Shown: in pieces, positions 49,647 through 63,609 of the stretch
Numbering within the stretch: position 1 is the first letter of the stretch
Layout of the letters: every line of letters begins with the position of its first letter
Assembly: GCA_964036045.1 (NCBI GenBank)
Contig: OZ038378.1
Span: 127,348,001-127,412,000, forward strand
DNA: 64,000 nt
DNA from: Eutreptiella sp. 'Long Island Sound 2002'
Lineage: Eukaryota; Protista; Euglenida
Reading direction: 5' to 3'
The notes under the pieces: model-generated
What the model saw: only the letters and a program-made list of their open reading frames with translations
Database searches by the model: none
What the model was told of the DNA's origin: nothing
Position numbers and translations under genes: made by a program

Positions 49647-52600
49647 TTACTAGGACACAACAAGCACACAGCCTACACGACAAAATACTCCAGCACCTAA
49701 CCTACCAACCCTTCCCGCGCTTCGCTTGGGCGCATGCTAAAGGAGATCAACTGTGCTCTTCAACCCTCCTGTTTGTACTGTTCTCATGGGTAACTACTAG
49801 AGTCGTTGTACCATACAACTCAGGTTTGAACTGCAGAGCTGTCATTGACAGTCTGATTTGAACAGATTTGTGCGGAGCCCGATCCTGTGAGCGGGGGTAC
49901 CCGGTTAGCCAAGTATCCGACTCTATGCCAACAAAACCGATATATCACGGCATAAGGAGGAGGAGAAGGCGGAGCGCGAGTTGTGCAAGCACGAGGAGGT
50001 GCGGGAGTGGCAACATGAAAAGGAGGAGAAGGACAAGGAGAAAAAGGCCTAAGAGGACGAACGAGCAAATCGCAACAGGAAAGAAGATGAGGATAAATTG
50101 TCAACAGCAGCCGCTGGGGCATCCCCATCATAGAAAGAAAGGGCAGTCGAGGGCCTGCAGCCTGCTGTGCATCGTGGTATCAAGGTTGGCTTATCCAAGA
50201 GCAACGGCAAGAGCAACGGCAAGTGAGTGGTGGCTCTACGTACCACCCGGTCATGGTTGTCGCTTGTACATAACAGTCATACGACAATTGTCACAAACTA
50301 TGTGACTGTGCTGGTGTTGTGAAGGCCTCATGTGAGTGGGCTTGTCCTGTGCAGTCTGAAACAACTGTTCTACCCATGGGACAGTAAATGATGTGCCCTG
50401 CTTGTGTGTGTACGTGTTTGTGACTTAATTTTGCCGTCATTTTTTCAGTTTGCACTGAGCTGGGCTCTGGATACTCCAGCCTTGCACATTTGACTGATTT
50501 GCCCCCGAATATGACGAATTTTGTACTGCTGGGCTCTACGGAGCCTAGCATGCTGTGTTAGTCAAATTTGCATTGTGTCCAGAGGGTTACAATGCCGGAC
50601 TCATCCCAACGGTGTAGTACTTTACCTGTGAGTTTGGTTGTTAGAACGCATGATTTTGCTATAGCATTTCTTTTGCTACTGCCCTTGTTGACACAGTGTA
50701 TGAACTGTCGAGTTTGATCATGATTTTGTTAAATATACGGTGCTAGGTTTTTTTTTGTGAATCCTAGGTGCACTGCTTATGTGCTGTCTTTTCAACAGCC
50801 CATGCACTACACACCCCAGATTCAACATGTACCTGTGATTGAGCCCTGACATGGTTTGTTACCTGTTCCTGGGCCCTGCAGAGCTAACGCGAATGTGTCT
50901 ATCATTTCGAATTTACCAAGTATGCCCAGAGTCCGATCTCCAGTGTGTATGCTGGGCATACCTTTGCCACTATTCGCTGGGCCACGGTACATTGTGCCCT
51001 GTCATGTACGACCCAATTTCATTTGTCTGTCCGCCTAGTTTATTTATCTTTCTCCGGCGTTTGACAGTGCCTGTGTTGGGCACTGCTTTGCCACTGCTCA
51101 CTGTGCGATGATACATTTTTTGGTGCCATTTGTGACCGGTTTTTGTTGGTGATGACCATAGGATGATCATATGTCCTCATTCGCTCAGCATTCAGAAGGG
51201 GGAACAAGCAGTGTGTTTCCAGGTGTTAGTAGGTGATGATGAACCACATGTGGTGACCCATCACTTTGTAGTTTGGACATCACCAATTTCAAAGTTTTGA
51301 CGGACCTCGTACAACGCATGTAAAGGTGTTTACAAGTTGCGTGCTTTGTTTTTTTTGTGTGTTTGCGCTTCATACTCATCGACTACTATGTATGGTGCTT
51401 CCATGCCTTTTCTATGACTGGTGCTGTGGTGGTCTTTGGCATATGTAGGGACTGCAATTTCCGGATGGGGGGGCGAGGACCATACACTGCGCCGCTTATG
51501 GCATCCGTTACCACACTGGTGGTCCGCGGTGTTTGTCATTATCGTAATTCATAATTGCTTTCTGTTGTTTCTATTGATCTGGGCTCTATAGAGCCCAACC
51601 AGTAGGAATTCCCTGCTTTAGACCCTGCTGCTACCTGTTTGCTTGTGCACTTTTGTGTTGGTATACTACCCTTTCTTTTCACCCCTATTTTTACTGAATT
51701 TCGTTGTTCAGGGCTCTGCAGGGCCCAGCTTGTTGAAAATGCTTGTTTGCACCCTCGTTTCTTGCTGGTCCTTTTTCCGTATTTCACACCTCCAAAATTG
51801 GAACAAACAGTGGTTGCGTCATATGTTGTGAGGGCACAAAATGCGGCTTTTTTGCTGCTTCGCATGCCTAAGTCACGTGTCACCGCTCCTCCCCATACAC
51901 TCTCGCTGGGAAGAACTCCTCCATTACGCTTGGGTATGCAGCAGAGAGGCTAGGCTCTGTGCACAATACCAATTTTTTTTTGTTAAAAAAACCATACGGG
52001 GCACTATGGGCCTCCTAAGATTTGTGGTTAAATCCGCGGGTACAGTGGGTGACCAATTTTTTGACCTTGCATGAGTGCATGGTGGGTACGTGGGTACAAG
52101 TGGGTACATGTGGGCGGCGCAGGTACATGTGGACAAACTATGTGGGTAAATCTCGTGGGTTGGCAATTCATGTACCGTTCATAGCCAAAGGAATATAGCA
52201 ACAACAGTTGTACAAGGCAACCCCGGCCATTGGTGCATGTTTGCACCAATCACCACACAAAAGCAACAAGTCTTGCAACATGCTATTGACACTCCATGAT
52301 ACAAGTGCTTTACCCGGCACGTCAAATGTATGATACAGGCAAAGTAGTGGACAAACGGACTATGGGGGTGCCCACCACCTGCGACCGCGTGCGAGTGCCT
52401 GCGACCGCCGAAGAACATTTTCGTACACGGCTACAAATGGCATAACCCATACACTCTGCCCTCCAATCCCTCCAGCCCGCCTGGCCTCCCTCCCTCCGTC
52501 CCTGCAACCGCGCAATGCATTAACCCATGGGGGGAAAGACATGTCACAATTGTCTCTTGCACTAGATAGTAGCATTGACAATGGCTTGTGGCATGCCTCA

Positions 52601-55439
52601 TTGTCAACACAAGTGATTGGGCGTAGGGACCCCTGGCCTTTTGCAACTTGGCACGATGAACACACACCTTGTTAGCTTCCATTGGATCTGTCGCTTGCCC
52701 CTTTTGCTTGGCCCCCTTTTGTAGGGCATTGCGCGTGCGCACATTCCTATCTTTTCGAACATTTAAGATTCCTTGCAACGCCGGCGACCTTGAGACAGCC
52801 TAGTGGTCATTCTATCCCTCTTTTTTGGGTGCTAGACGATGGCCCTGAAAATAAGGTAAGAGGCGGGCAAGCGCCGGTGGCACATCAAACTGTGAAGCCA
52901 TGGGAGGATACCCATTTTTGCACGAGGCTTTTACATGAAGGTCACGAAATACTTTTTGGGCCTCACGTGCACATCGACGGATATCAAATATGGGAAAAGG
53001 ACCCGTTTTGCCACACCAACGGAATTCGCTCCTTTAGACCCCATCGCCACTTTTTTTCTTAGTCATGGTGTCATCTACCTATAGAATTGTTCCTTTCGGG
53101 TACAAAACCGTTTTTTTTGCTTAAAGTAAAAATGGTATGAAAACTGCTTTCAAGGCGAAGAGCACAAGAAAATATGTGCGTAGAGAGGTGACAAGTGATA
53201 GTACAATTGTGTGGAGCCCGCAAAAGGGGGTTTTTGGCAAAAAAAGGGCATCTCAAGCGCTTGCGACCGCTTGTGACCGCATGCGACCCCTTCCGACGGT
53301 GGGCACCCCCTACGATTCACTACAATGTCTCGGTATGTGGCTGCCATGCATAAAAAATGGGGGTGTTTACATGGCAACATGTAATGGAAACCATCAAGTA
53401 GAGCTCACCAAGTGCATTCACCATGGCTGCAACAATGTAGAGCGCGCCGAGGACTTGCCACTCAAAAACCCGTGAAGTGCAGCAAGTGCAGCAGGGCACG
53501 ACGCGCCCGCCACCAAGGTCTTCACTTTTCGCCTACACTCTTAAAATGATGCTCAATCCATTCTACTTTACTACCGTGAGTCACCATTGTATGAGCGTCC
53601 AAAACGACGAAAGAGGCATGTGTAATAATGCTTCAGTGACCGCACTGCACAATTCAGACCGTCAGTGTGACAACACTTGACGCTCGCTCGGCCCCTTGGT
53701 TATGGGGTGGTGTGGTGCCACTTGCAGCTAGTGTGTGGTAGGAACTGCACAACGCAAGGCTAGCCACTAGCAGGACCGGGGGTATTCCTCAGATGTGAAA
53801 CGCCGAATGCGGTCGGCAACGCTCATCTGCATATGTATTTCTGGTTTGCCCATCACCAACCCCTTATTAGTCACAGACAGGACCATGGGTGTCAACACAC
53901 AATGTGCATTTGGGGAACAAGGTTTCACCGATTTACTCGACGACGGCAAGTTAAGCATAGGAGAAGCGAGTGCAGGGTGCTGATATGCCATGCCTACCAT
54001 GAGGACTGCCAGCGCTACGCGACTTTTCCCCACTCATACCAATTTGTCACCGTCCCGTACTTTCTCCGACTTCATTGGTATTTGGTACACGGCAGCAACG
54101 AGGGCCTCGGTGTATTACGCAAGGGAGGGCAAGGAGCGTGAGTTGTCCTACTCATCATGTTAGCAGGCTGGAGGCGTGGGTTCGAAGATACATCACGTAG
54201 CACACCTCCATTGGGCTCGGGGATGTCTAGGACCATGATAATGGTGGAATCAAGCAGCTTTAAGTACCCAGACAAAAAGCCCCGCTTCCGCTTCTAGGCA
54301 ATGAACGCTATGTGTAAAAAACAGCCTGATGGGTGCGAGTCCCACATGCCCAGGGCTTGCAAATCCATCAACCAGCATCCATCCCATCGTCTTGTTGGAC
54401 TTGTGGAACCAACCCCTCACACCATACATAACAAAAAAGTGTATATTTTCGGGTAAGTGTTTTGAGTCTGCAAACAAAGCGTTGGGCCAAGTCTCGATGA
54501 AGACATGATCCTCCTCTTGGCTAGGGTAGCAGTGGTTTCCATCTCACATTATTTCATGCTACAATGATCCCACAAATGACCGTGGTAGCAGATTTGACAC
54601 GTGATGCAGTGGGAGAGTGCCACACTCTTTCTAGTCCCCACCAAGATGAGCAGGGTACATGGCTCTCCATCATATGGTACCCCCAGGAGACTTTCCGAGC
54701 ACCACAGTGGGCAATTACAGTGCTATGAGGAAGGGGGCAAGCGACTTCGTGCATACTGTCAAGGAATTGTTTTGTAGCAGGGTAGTGACATTGTGACCTA
54801 CTTCAATGCGCCCGCAAGATGACTAGAATGTGTTGCCAACACCCTTGGCCCGGGGCAGTGGCAATCGTTTGCCTGTCTCTCCGTCAACCTGCACGATGAC
54901 GGGGATGTATTGCCCATACCGCTCTCTTGGACTCACAGTACGGCAATCGCCCACATCCGTACTCTGGGGGAGCTCAGAGTACTGGGCTAGAAAAAGCGTG
55001 GCAATCACCCGGTGCATAACCTAGTTCCAGACTCATCTCATCCTCAATGTGGTTGAGATCTGTTGCCAAAATCATATGTGGGATCATTGTATCGTTGGAC
55101 CGCTTTCGACTTTGCCTCTGAGAGGTTGTTCCACCCACCGTACAACGCCCAAGGTACACCGCCTCATCTTTGTCTGGCCCGGCAAGAGGGTGGCGGTCTC
55201 CCACTGCATTCCGTGGTTTCGGACCTAGCTAATCCTCAATGCCTGTTGGATCCGCTGCCACAGTCATTTGTGGCATCATCACACCGTTGCACGCCTTAGA
55301 ACCTTGCGTCTGAGAGGTTGTCTTGGGTACTATATGGTGCGCAGGTTGGGGGCGCCCAAGGGGGGGGCTCTAGCTGCTCGACGTCGCCTAGCAGACGGCA
55401 CTCACGGGGGGACCTTGACTTTAACTTGCCAGAATCCGT

Positions 55440-55620
55440 GCTATTGGGGTGCTTATAGTATTCCAATCGCCCACATTGATGCTTTGACGGGGGCTCATAG
55501 TACTGTAATTGCCCACATTGATGCTCTTTGGGGGGGGGGGGGTTAGATCTTTGTAATTGCGCCGATCCATGCTCTAGGGCGGGCTTAGAGTACTATAATT
55601 GCCCACATCGCATAGCCGGG
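55440..55620. repeat. Short tandem repeat of ~45-bp units (AGTACT..AATTGCCCACAT)
   Basis: Three to four degenerate copies of tagtactgtaattgcccacattgatgct. Confidence 0.7.
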
Positions 55621-57739
55621 CCGATGGATTGTTATCTTCCAGTTCAGTCATTGGGAAAGGATAATGGTCAAGGGGAAGAGGTGGGGTTCCATTTTTTCGG
55701 AGTTTTTTGCGCATATTTATGTCAACTACTAGTGGGATACCACTTGGACTTGTGTGCCAGGATGTTCTTGGTTACCAACACAGAGTAAGCTGGAACACTG
55801 CTTTCTGTGTTTGCTTACACTCATGGCATGCATTTGCGGTTTGTGTTGTTTTTTCGTGGGGGGTGATGAATCCCTTGTTTTCTGTGCATTGTAAAGGGTT
55901 TTCTTTAACGTCCACATCAAAGATTTGCCTTTAATAAAGAGAAAGGCATTTCCCGCGCGTAAAAAACCCTTTTTGCGAGCGCTACAACTCAGTAGAATCC
56001 GTGAAAAATCGAAAAAGGCACTCACCCCCCAAGAAAACAATGAAGGTAGGGGTAGGGGCCAACACTACATGTCCTCAACGGGAAATAGTTGCCAAGGGGG
56101 TATTTTGAATGTGCCGGATCACAATTTCATACTGGTGTTGGATGAAATTGTTCCCCCCCCCCCCCACCACTTCCTCGTTTTTACTCGGGTTGTGCCTTCT
56201 CCTTCTTCCATCTAATGAGAAAGATTACTTCATACTTGCAACTGCTTGATCTGTTGCTCTTCGTTTAGAAAACACTAAAACTATCCACACACTACCAAAT
56301 GATGTTGGATGATGCCATGAGCCCCAAATAAACATCCTAACAGTTCGCTCTTGTGCTACGGATGTTTGTTTCTCCGCAGCCGAGCGCAAATACCGTGCTT
56401 TTGCCAATCCAAACGTTTGATGTGTTGGTTTCTTGTTGTACGTTTGGTATGCAATTTGAGGAACTATTACCTTCTTGCATGGTTTTCCTATATTGCTAAC
56501 TTTGTGTCATGCGGTATGTGTGTTTTCTCAAGGGAATCAATTTTTTTGTGAGGAATGTTGTAGTCGGCGCGCCAAGTTAGGACATGGATTGAGCCAAGTA
56601 GTTACTCGGCTTGCTCTTCAATTCACTTCTCTCCTCTGGCCTCTCCGGCATTTGTTGTGCCCTTTGGTCATTGGCCGAGCCGAATTCTCTCCTGACCAAT
56701 GAGGTTGCTCAAGCCGTCATCGACGCGGACGTGTCCTTGTGGTGCAATGAGCACTACCCTACTGGGTAAAATGCGATCCCCTACCGCCTCACCCCGGAGG
56801 ACATGCCCCACCTCTCGCAAGTTTCCAAAAGGACGGTACAGGCGGTTAGCGGGTTTATGGAGGAGGCAAGTTGGGATAGTGAAAAGCATGGGGAGCCCAT
56901 GCACATTTGGCGCATAACCACCACAAACACGCTTTTTGCTTTGGTTAAAGTTCTCTAGAGCCGATTTGCTTACAGTAGCCACAAACCTTATCCCACCACC
57001 CTAGAACTTTAGGTCAGACTGTCCCACAAATCACGCACCTTGCTAAACAGCAATATCAAGTTGTGCGCCTCAGCTAGGCACAAGGAGTACATCAAAGTGC
57101 GCAAAATATCTAACTAACAAACAAACTAACTAGCTGCTCATGTTGTGTGCATAACGCCCACCTCAAAAGTTTGCGCCCCCCCTTCCCGACACCACGACCC
57201 AAAAGCGGCAAGTCGTCACCCTTTGCTTCTCGGCAATACGCCAAACCACTTGGGAACGGTAGAATTTGAGGATGACGTGTTTCTCACCATCCTCCTATCG
57301 TAACTTATTGGCCACGCCAATCACCACCTTGACAAAATTTGCCTTTCACTCCACGTTTTCCTCAAAGCTTTCCAGCCTTGGGACCTCCAGGAATTAATAA
57401 GCCACCCAGTTGCATCGGTGACTTCGGCGATGGACGGGGCGACCACTGCGAATCGTCTGTCGTGTGCTCCTGTTGCATCTCCGCGCCAGTGGGGGCACAA
57501 TGGGGACGGCATCGGACTCTTTGGCGAAGTCGATGTAGTGGATGCGCATCTGGGAAAGGAGGGGGTTGTTAACATAAGGCTATGATAACACACGGGCACA
57601 CTTTGGCGAATCGGCGCAAATTGGGCTACTTGTTGGTGGATGGATAACAAACAAGGGACAAATGACCACTTGGCACGGGCAAAGTGCACCCTAGGCGCGT
57701 GCCAAATGACATGTTGTGCAATGGTAACAAAACCAAGAG

Positions 57740-58140
57740 GTGACAATTAGACAACTAGGAGACGTCACTTCCCGTGTGCTCTCCCCTACCCTCGAGAGCT
57801 TGTTGAGCTATGCGTTGGCTGCACAAATGGTCACTCATGCACGTCATCTTCAAGCAAGGCATGTTCTGCTTGCGGCGGTCGCGGATCAAGCTGGATTCAA
57901 GGACACCATGCCCGAAGGGATGGCAACCAGCCGCTACAAGAGGTAAAAATTAGCCAACTAGGAGACCTCACTTCCCGTGTTCTCTTTTCTACCTTCACGA
58001 GCTTGTTGAGCTCTGTGTCGGCCAGACAAAGGGTCTCTCATGCACGTCATCTTCAATCAAGACATCGTCTCTTTGCGGCGGTGGCGGAGGCAGATGTTGC
58101 CAAGGACACCATGCCCCAAGGGGTGGCAACTAGCCTCCTT
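57740..58140 (+). repeat. Tandem 203-bp duplication with conserved peptide
   Basis: QLGDVTSRVLSPTLESLLS..HARHLQARH..KDTMPEGMAT vs QLGDLTSRVLFSTFTSLLS..HARHLQSRH..KDTMPQGVAT. The copies start at 57740 and 57943. Confidence 0.85.
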
Positions 58141-60023
58141 GTTGGCCCGTTGGGAAGGGCAACGAGGCCCGCGTGTTGCACTCCGTCGGTGTTGGAATGC
58201 ATAGTGCACTCAACACTTCCCGGCATGTCGGTATGAGCCTAGGGCCAAACCCAAGACAGCTGCAAACATCACAAGCATTTTGGAAAACTTCCACCAGGGT
58301 GCCCTGTTGGACCCGAACAAGAGACGCAAGATCGGGGGAAATCAGCCTGCTCAAGAAGGTAGGCAGAACTCTGAGGAGAAGGCTACAAACCGCATAAGGC
58401 AATAGAGACAGGTGGCTTAGCACGAGAGAAGTATGAAGTCGGCGTGCGCCAAGACCTGACTTGGCGCGCACCACATCCATACTTGGCGCGTGCCCATTGT
58501 AGAATGTGACCTTGGTGAGTGCCAAGAAATGACTTGGCGCGCGCCAAATCGCTATCCACACTGTATTCATTCATTGATTTTAATTATTTCAGGAAACCCT
58601 CATTCTTTCATAGTTGTGCAGGCTCTTTCCGCGGTCGTATGATTTTCGAACCCCCTAGGTGCTCCACATTCAGAGCGGCCTATCCCAATCCATAAGATTA
58701 TTGCCGCACACAAAGTGGAGCTAGGGCCAATGATGGGGGAGCTTTGCAGCCAAAAGCAGAAGGATGCTCATATGTATCACGGGAAGAAGGCCATGTGCAA
58801 ATGTTGTGGATGTGATCTCGCAAGATGTGGGTGTCAAGGGGTTTGCAATTTGCATTTCATTGAAGGCACCTGCACCCAACTTGTGATATGCCGCTGCAAC
58901 GGGGCACAATCAAATTGCACAAGTGGGATTTTGCCAAGTTGTGTAGGATACAGGTGCGTGCCATGTTGAAGCACAAAAAAGGTAACAAACCTGTCAAATA
59001 CTCCAGTGTGCAAGGGATTGAGACTACCTTTGATAAGAACGGTGTTGTTGTGATTTTTGATGATCAGTGAGAGCTCGAAGGCCCACTTGTACACAAGAAA
59101 CCGCACAATTTTGCACCAACCCGTACTCAGATGCCGACACCATGAAGAAGAAGATGCAGTGTTTCTTGCTGTTGAGGAATTCCATTATGCTCTACACTAC
59201 TTGAAACCCTAGTGTGCATGAATGCAAGCAGCACGGCTTGCCCGTCACAAAACGAGCCTTCACAACAACATGTCGCCGAATCAAGGCGCGAATAGTTTTG
59301 AGTTTTCTTTCGAAAAGGTGTTGGACTAGCTACCGTCACCAGCACCGCACGTGTATACATCCCCGGTGGAGACTAGGATCATTCTCCACAAACCTCAAAA
59401 GCTTTGATCATGAATGTGATAGACTACCTTGAGCAGAATCACATTTTTAGATGTGTCGATACTCTCTTAGCTTGGTGTTCAATGAGAGGGCGCGCCTCAA
59501 TGGCAACAAGACAATTGTTGTCACCTCTACCCATATTGGACATTTTGCCAGCATGCACGCCTTGATGAGCCTACCACCAGTTGCCTACTTGGAGCCATTT
59601 GGACAAAATATTCCGATGGTATTAGCATACAACCTGTCTACTGCTACATGTGCGGAAACTGGTTGATTATTTAGGCAGCCAGGAAAAATTGATACTGGAA
59701 GTGAGCACTGCATCTCCTACCAAGGATGCCCATGCACACATCACACCGCAATTCGAAGTCGCATAAATTGGCCATTCTCTAGAGGTCACCGTACCACAAA
59801 ACGATGAGAATGAGGTTGTGTGCCACTTTATTCGAAATCTCTGTTGCTTGGCCATTGAGAGCTTGTGTCAATTGTTGTGTGTTTGTTGTGCTTTTCTAAC
59901 AGAAATCTGGCTACTATTAATGTGTTGAAATTGTATGCTCTTCGGTAGGTCAACCAAATGCCCTCAAATTCGCTTAGATTAGCGACTACAGTTCACGCTT
60001 CGTTCGCGGCACGTTGGCACTTG

Positions 60024-60700
60024 TCAACTTCGTATGAAAATCGTACACACTCGTAAGAATCTGCATTGTTTTCTTCTTGTTCTTACCTCTCCTTTCATTT
60101 TATGAGCACGTCGCAGCTTGCCTCCCTGGAGTCGTGCCCCAACCGCTTCATGAACACCAATGTAGGGTACCAAGGCATCCCACCCCAACACCACATCATG
60201 TAGGAGGCGTTGTAGGACTCCGACCAATTGGTCGCCTGGGCTGCATCGTGCGAACCCCCCGAGGTCGTGCATACCGACCCCCCCGCCGCCCACAATTCGT
60301 ACTTTGGGGCCAAGTAGTGTTTCACAAAGTTGTGGAGGGGTCCGTGCAGAACCTCCCACATGGCGGATGATGCGCCTCCTCCCCTTCGCCGTCATTGTTG
60401 ACCAGCTACTCGGCCTCATGCAGTCTAACCCCGTTGGCAAGACCAAGGAGGCCCACGTCATGGTCTACCCAATCTGTATACCCCCCGCCGCCATTGTAAC
60501 ATGATTGCGCCTCAGGACTCTTTCACAAACCTTGACTTTGACCATTCCTTCTTTCCTTTTTTTGTGGGCATCTCGCCAACTCCCGATGGTCGGAGGATTG
60601 GATGTTGCCCTTTTCCGCCCCACCATCTCCCCCAAAGTCCAACTTCTCGATATCACCAACCCCCTTGATGCTCCAGCAAAGCGCTGCAATGGTACCATGG
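60024..60700 (-). pseudogene. Possible Mutator-like transposase C-terminal relic
   Basis: FVKHYLAPKYELWA..ATNWSESYNASY resembles the MULE TNNxxESxN catalytic-Glu motif. An upstream WVDHDVGLLGLA is weakly D-motif-like. Confidence 0.33.
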
Positions 60701-61751
60701 TTTATGTAACCCCCCTTAGCCCCACCCTTCTTTTCCAGCGAGCCTGACGTCCGAATGAAGCCCCTTCTCGAGCCCCCCACCCTTTAATGTGATTTGTGAA
60801 CCCCCCACCCCTTGACCCGAAAAGGGCAGGCCCCTGCCAACCCCCGTGACCTTTGTGGCTTGCACTAGGTACATGGTGTTGCGTTTGTTGGTTGGGGAAT
60901 AAGCACTGTGAGGTGGGGTTGGGGGAGGTCATCGAACCGTGGGGCACAGGGGAGGAGAGGGTTGAGGGGAAATTTTTGAGCTTTTGTTAGGCGCCGGCAT
61001 GTCAGAGGGATGGACGAAGAACTTTGACCTCCCCCGGTGTTGGCAAAGCAAGGGGGGTTTGTGCTATTCGGTGGGGGGCTTGTTGCAGAAGGTGACCTGA
61101 AATTGGAGGGGTCTCTACCGCCTTTTGCGGACCTCTTCCCCATGGGGCCGGGGGCGGTCATTGTGGCTAGTGTCGGCAGGTGTCCCCAACTTGCCCACAC
61201 CAAAATATCCACCCATCCCGAGGTGCTCCGCCCCATTAGCTTCTTCGCCTCATACACTCGGCATAGGACGTTATGCTTCGGTACCGTTGTGGAATGACCA
61301 ACCATCCCCAAAACTCAGGCAAATTTCCCCCAATTTTGATTTTTTTTCATGAAAAAGCTATATTTTGGGTAGCATATGAGGCAGGTGAAGGGGTAAAACT
61401 CATCCTCCACTTTCATTCCACATCATCTTGCGAAAGTCCGGCCCCAAACGGTCCAACCACGGCAAAATGATGCCCAAAACCAAAAGAGGCAAATGCCGCC
61501 TTTCCAGTGTGGTGACGGTGACCATGAATTTAGACAAAGTCTTACGAGATTCACATAAACTGCGAAATCGATTCAAGTTCACATGAATTGCACTCGGGTC
61601 TGCCCCCACCATTGCCAAAACAGCCCAGCTATGCACCCCGTGCACCCCATCATGCACCCCATCCCATAGGCAACCATGGTCCGTGGTCATGATGCATCTT
61701 CACTTTTTTTTTCTTGCGGCATTAGAACCGGCTCTCTAAGGTGCGAAGTAG

Positions 61752-63540
61752 CTACACATCGGTTAGAAGCCGTCTTCTTGTACGACCCACGTACCTTTGT
61801 ATACTGATGGGCCCCTGCCCATGTTGTGCCATCTTGGTCGCATGGCACCTATGTGCCGCGAGGCTATCATCAATGATGTGCTTGTCCACAACCACTTGTA
61901 CCCCTAGCCTCCCCTGGAGGAGGCTTAGGTGGCCACTATTGGGCAACATGCGCTTCAGCTCCGGTGACTCCTCTCCATGGTAAAGCAGCAGAAGGTTGAC
62001 AAGATTCTCCACTTCTTTGCAAAGAAAAAAAAACATGTGATCGATCCAAAGATGCGTCCACAAAGGTTTGCACCACCAGAGCTCATTATGGGCAGTGCCC
62101 ATGACTAGACTATGTCCCCGGAGCCGCCCCAAGTTGGCCCCACCGAACCATGCGGTTAACCAAGAGAACACACACATTTTTGCAAAACTCTCCCACCACG
62201 GTTTGCACACGGACTCCCAGCTTTTCCTTGCTACCTCATGCTACCGCGCACTTGGGTGTTGTAGGCAATCATCGATGACCCTTTCCCATCCCGTGATCCG
62301 CATGCAGTGTACGTTAGCAGCACACTCCATCTTGACCTTCCCTTTGTTGTTTGCTTTCTCATTGTTCAATGAGGCACAGGTGCAACTTTTTGCACCAAGC
62401 CATGCCTCAGGCAAAAATGGATGGTTCAAGCAAAAGTGGCAGTTGTCTTCCCCGTCAATTGTACAACGAGGTCCCGTGTCCCATTGATGCCACGCAACAA
62501 GACAGGAAGCACCCCGTGGAGGCCATAAGTAGGCACTTGCCTGTCCCCCTCGATGGTTTTGTATATGGCATTTATGACCATAGGGGGCGGGCACGTACCA
62601 TCTATTGCACTTGCAGTTTGAAAGGCAGCAAGACACCCGGCACGGTCCCGCATGCAAAACCAACACACCGTTACTCCGGGGGATGCCGCCTTCCAATTTG
62701 GCACCCCCATTAGCACTTGTGCATTACCGTCTGCCCACAAAATGAAAAGCAACTTCCTATCACCCCCCCACCCCCGTGTCCTTGAAACTTACGTTTGCAG
62801 CCTTCCGCAACTCATCATCAAAATTTATTTCTTGGGAGGCTGCATACATGGTCTCCCATCGTTCACTACCCCGTAGCAGCCACCGGCGGGGCACTTGGTT
62901 GGGGCCTGTGGTCCCACGCAGCGTGCAAAGGATGTATGAGGCCTCATGCCTCGGCGTGCCATCCACTGCAATAGGTAACCAATGCGAGCGCCCATCCCAG
63001 GCTGCATGACGTCCGATGGCGGGGGGATCGGCACTTATGTAGATGCTGCAACAGGTCCTGCAGGTGGCAAGCAACTCCATGGATGGCCGTGTCGTCACTA
63101 GTACAGGCCGTAAAGGCCCGGGACTCCGGTGAGGCTAGCTTCCTAAGCATGCCGTATTGCTGTTCCCACACCATGCTTTACGTCAAGTCCCCAATCAGGC
63201 ACAGTACTTCCATCCTAGAGAGATGCAATGACTAGATTCACCACACGGCCATCACCAACCTCTCCTCCGTGCTTGAGTCCGGGTCCACGGTCCGGGTGGC
63301 CCTTGTTTCCAAGGTAAGGACTATTTGCCTGGAATCACGCAGGTGCTTGATGGGGTAGGGAGTGGCAAGCTCCTTGCTAGACCTCCAGCTACGTGTTAGA
63401 GGTCTTGCAGGCACCTTTGTTGAGAGCGGTTCGAGATCAGATGAAAGGCCTCCTTGGGCCGGGCCCCATCCCCACACCCCATTGTGTTGGACCAAAAACC
63501 CGCAAATATGCCACCATGGTTGACTTGCAAGCCGAGACAC
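61752..63540 (-). pseudogene. RAG1/Transib-like DDE transposase relic, copy E
   Basis: Motifs are LPIAVDGTP (D 62961-62963), FILWADGNAQVLMG..VCWFC (D 62729-62731, CxxC), TYGLHGVL and KPLWTHLWIDHM. A shifted frame then gives FAKKWRILSTFCCFTME(R/G)SH (E ~61973). Confidence 0.72.
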
Positions 63541-63609
63541 TTGCCACTATGTGGGCAAATGGAAAAATGAACATGCATTACTTTAAAATTTCACCACTAA
63601 TTCAGAAAT

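Larger units (their letters stand above)
47868..49925. repeat. Inverted repeat pair (LINE 3' ends) bracketing the RNase H segment
   Basis: 47948-47990 is the exact reverse complement of 49705-49747 (43 bp). Imperfect matching extends to ~47883/49815, plus GAGTCGGATAC at ~47871 vs ~49915-49925. Confidence 0.92.

Noticed and set aside
51185-51379. Helitron Rep HUH motif (LQSDGSPHVVHHHLL, minus strand)
   Set aside because: It is a single imperfect motif, with no other Rep motifs or helicase nearby.
52682-57000. Short ORFs in 52.7-57 kb as genes
   Set aside because: No recognisable motifs or consistent frame were found. They are probably old TE debris, but I cannot support a call.
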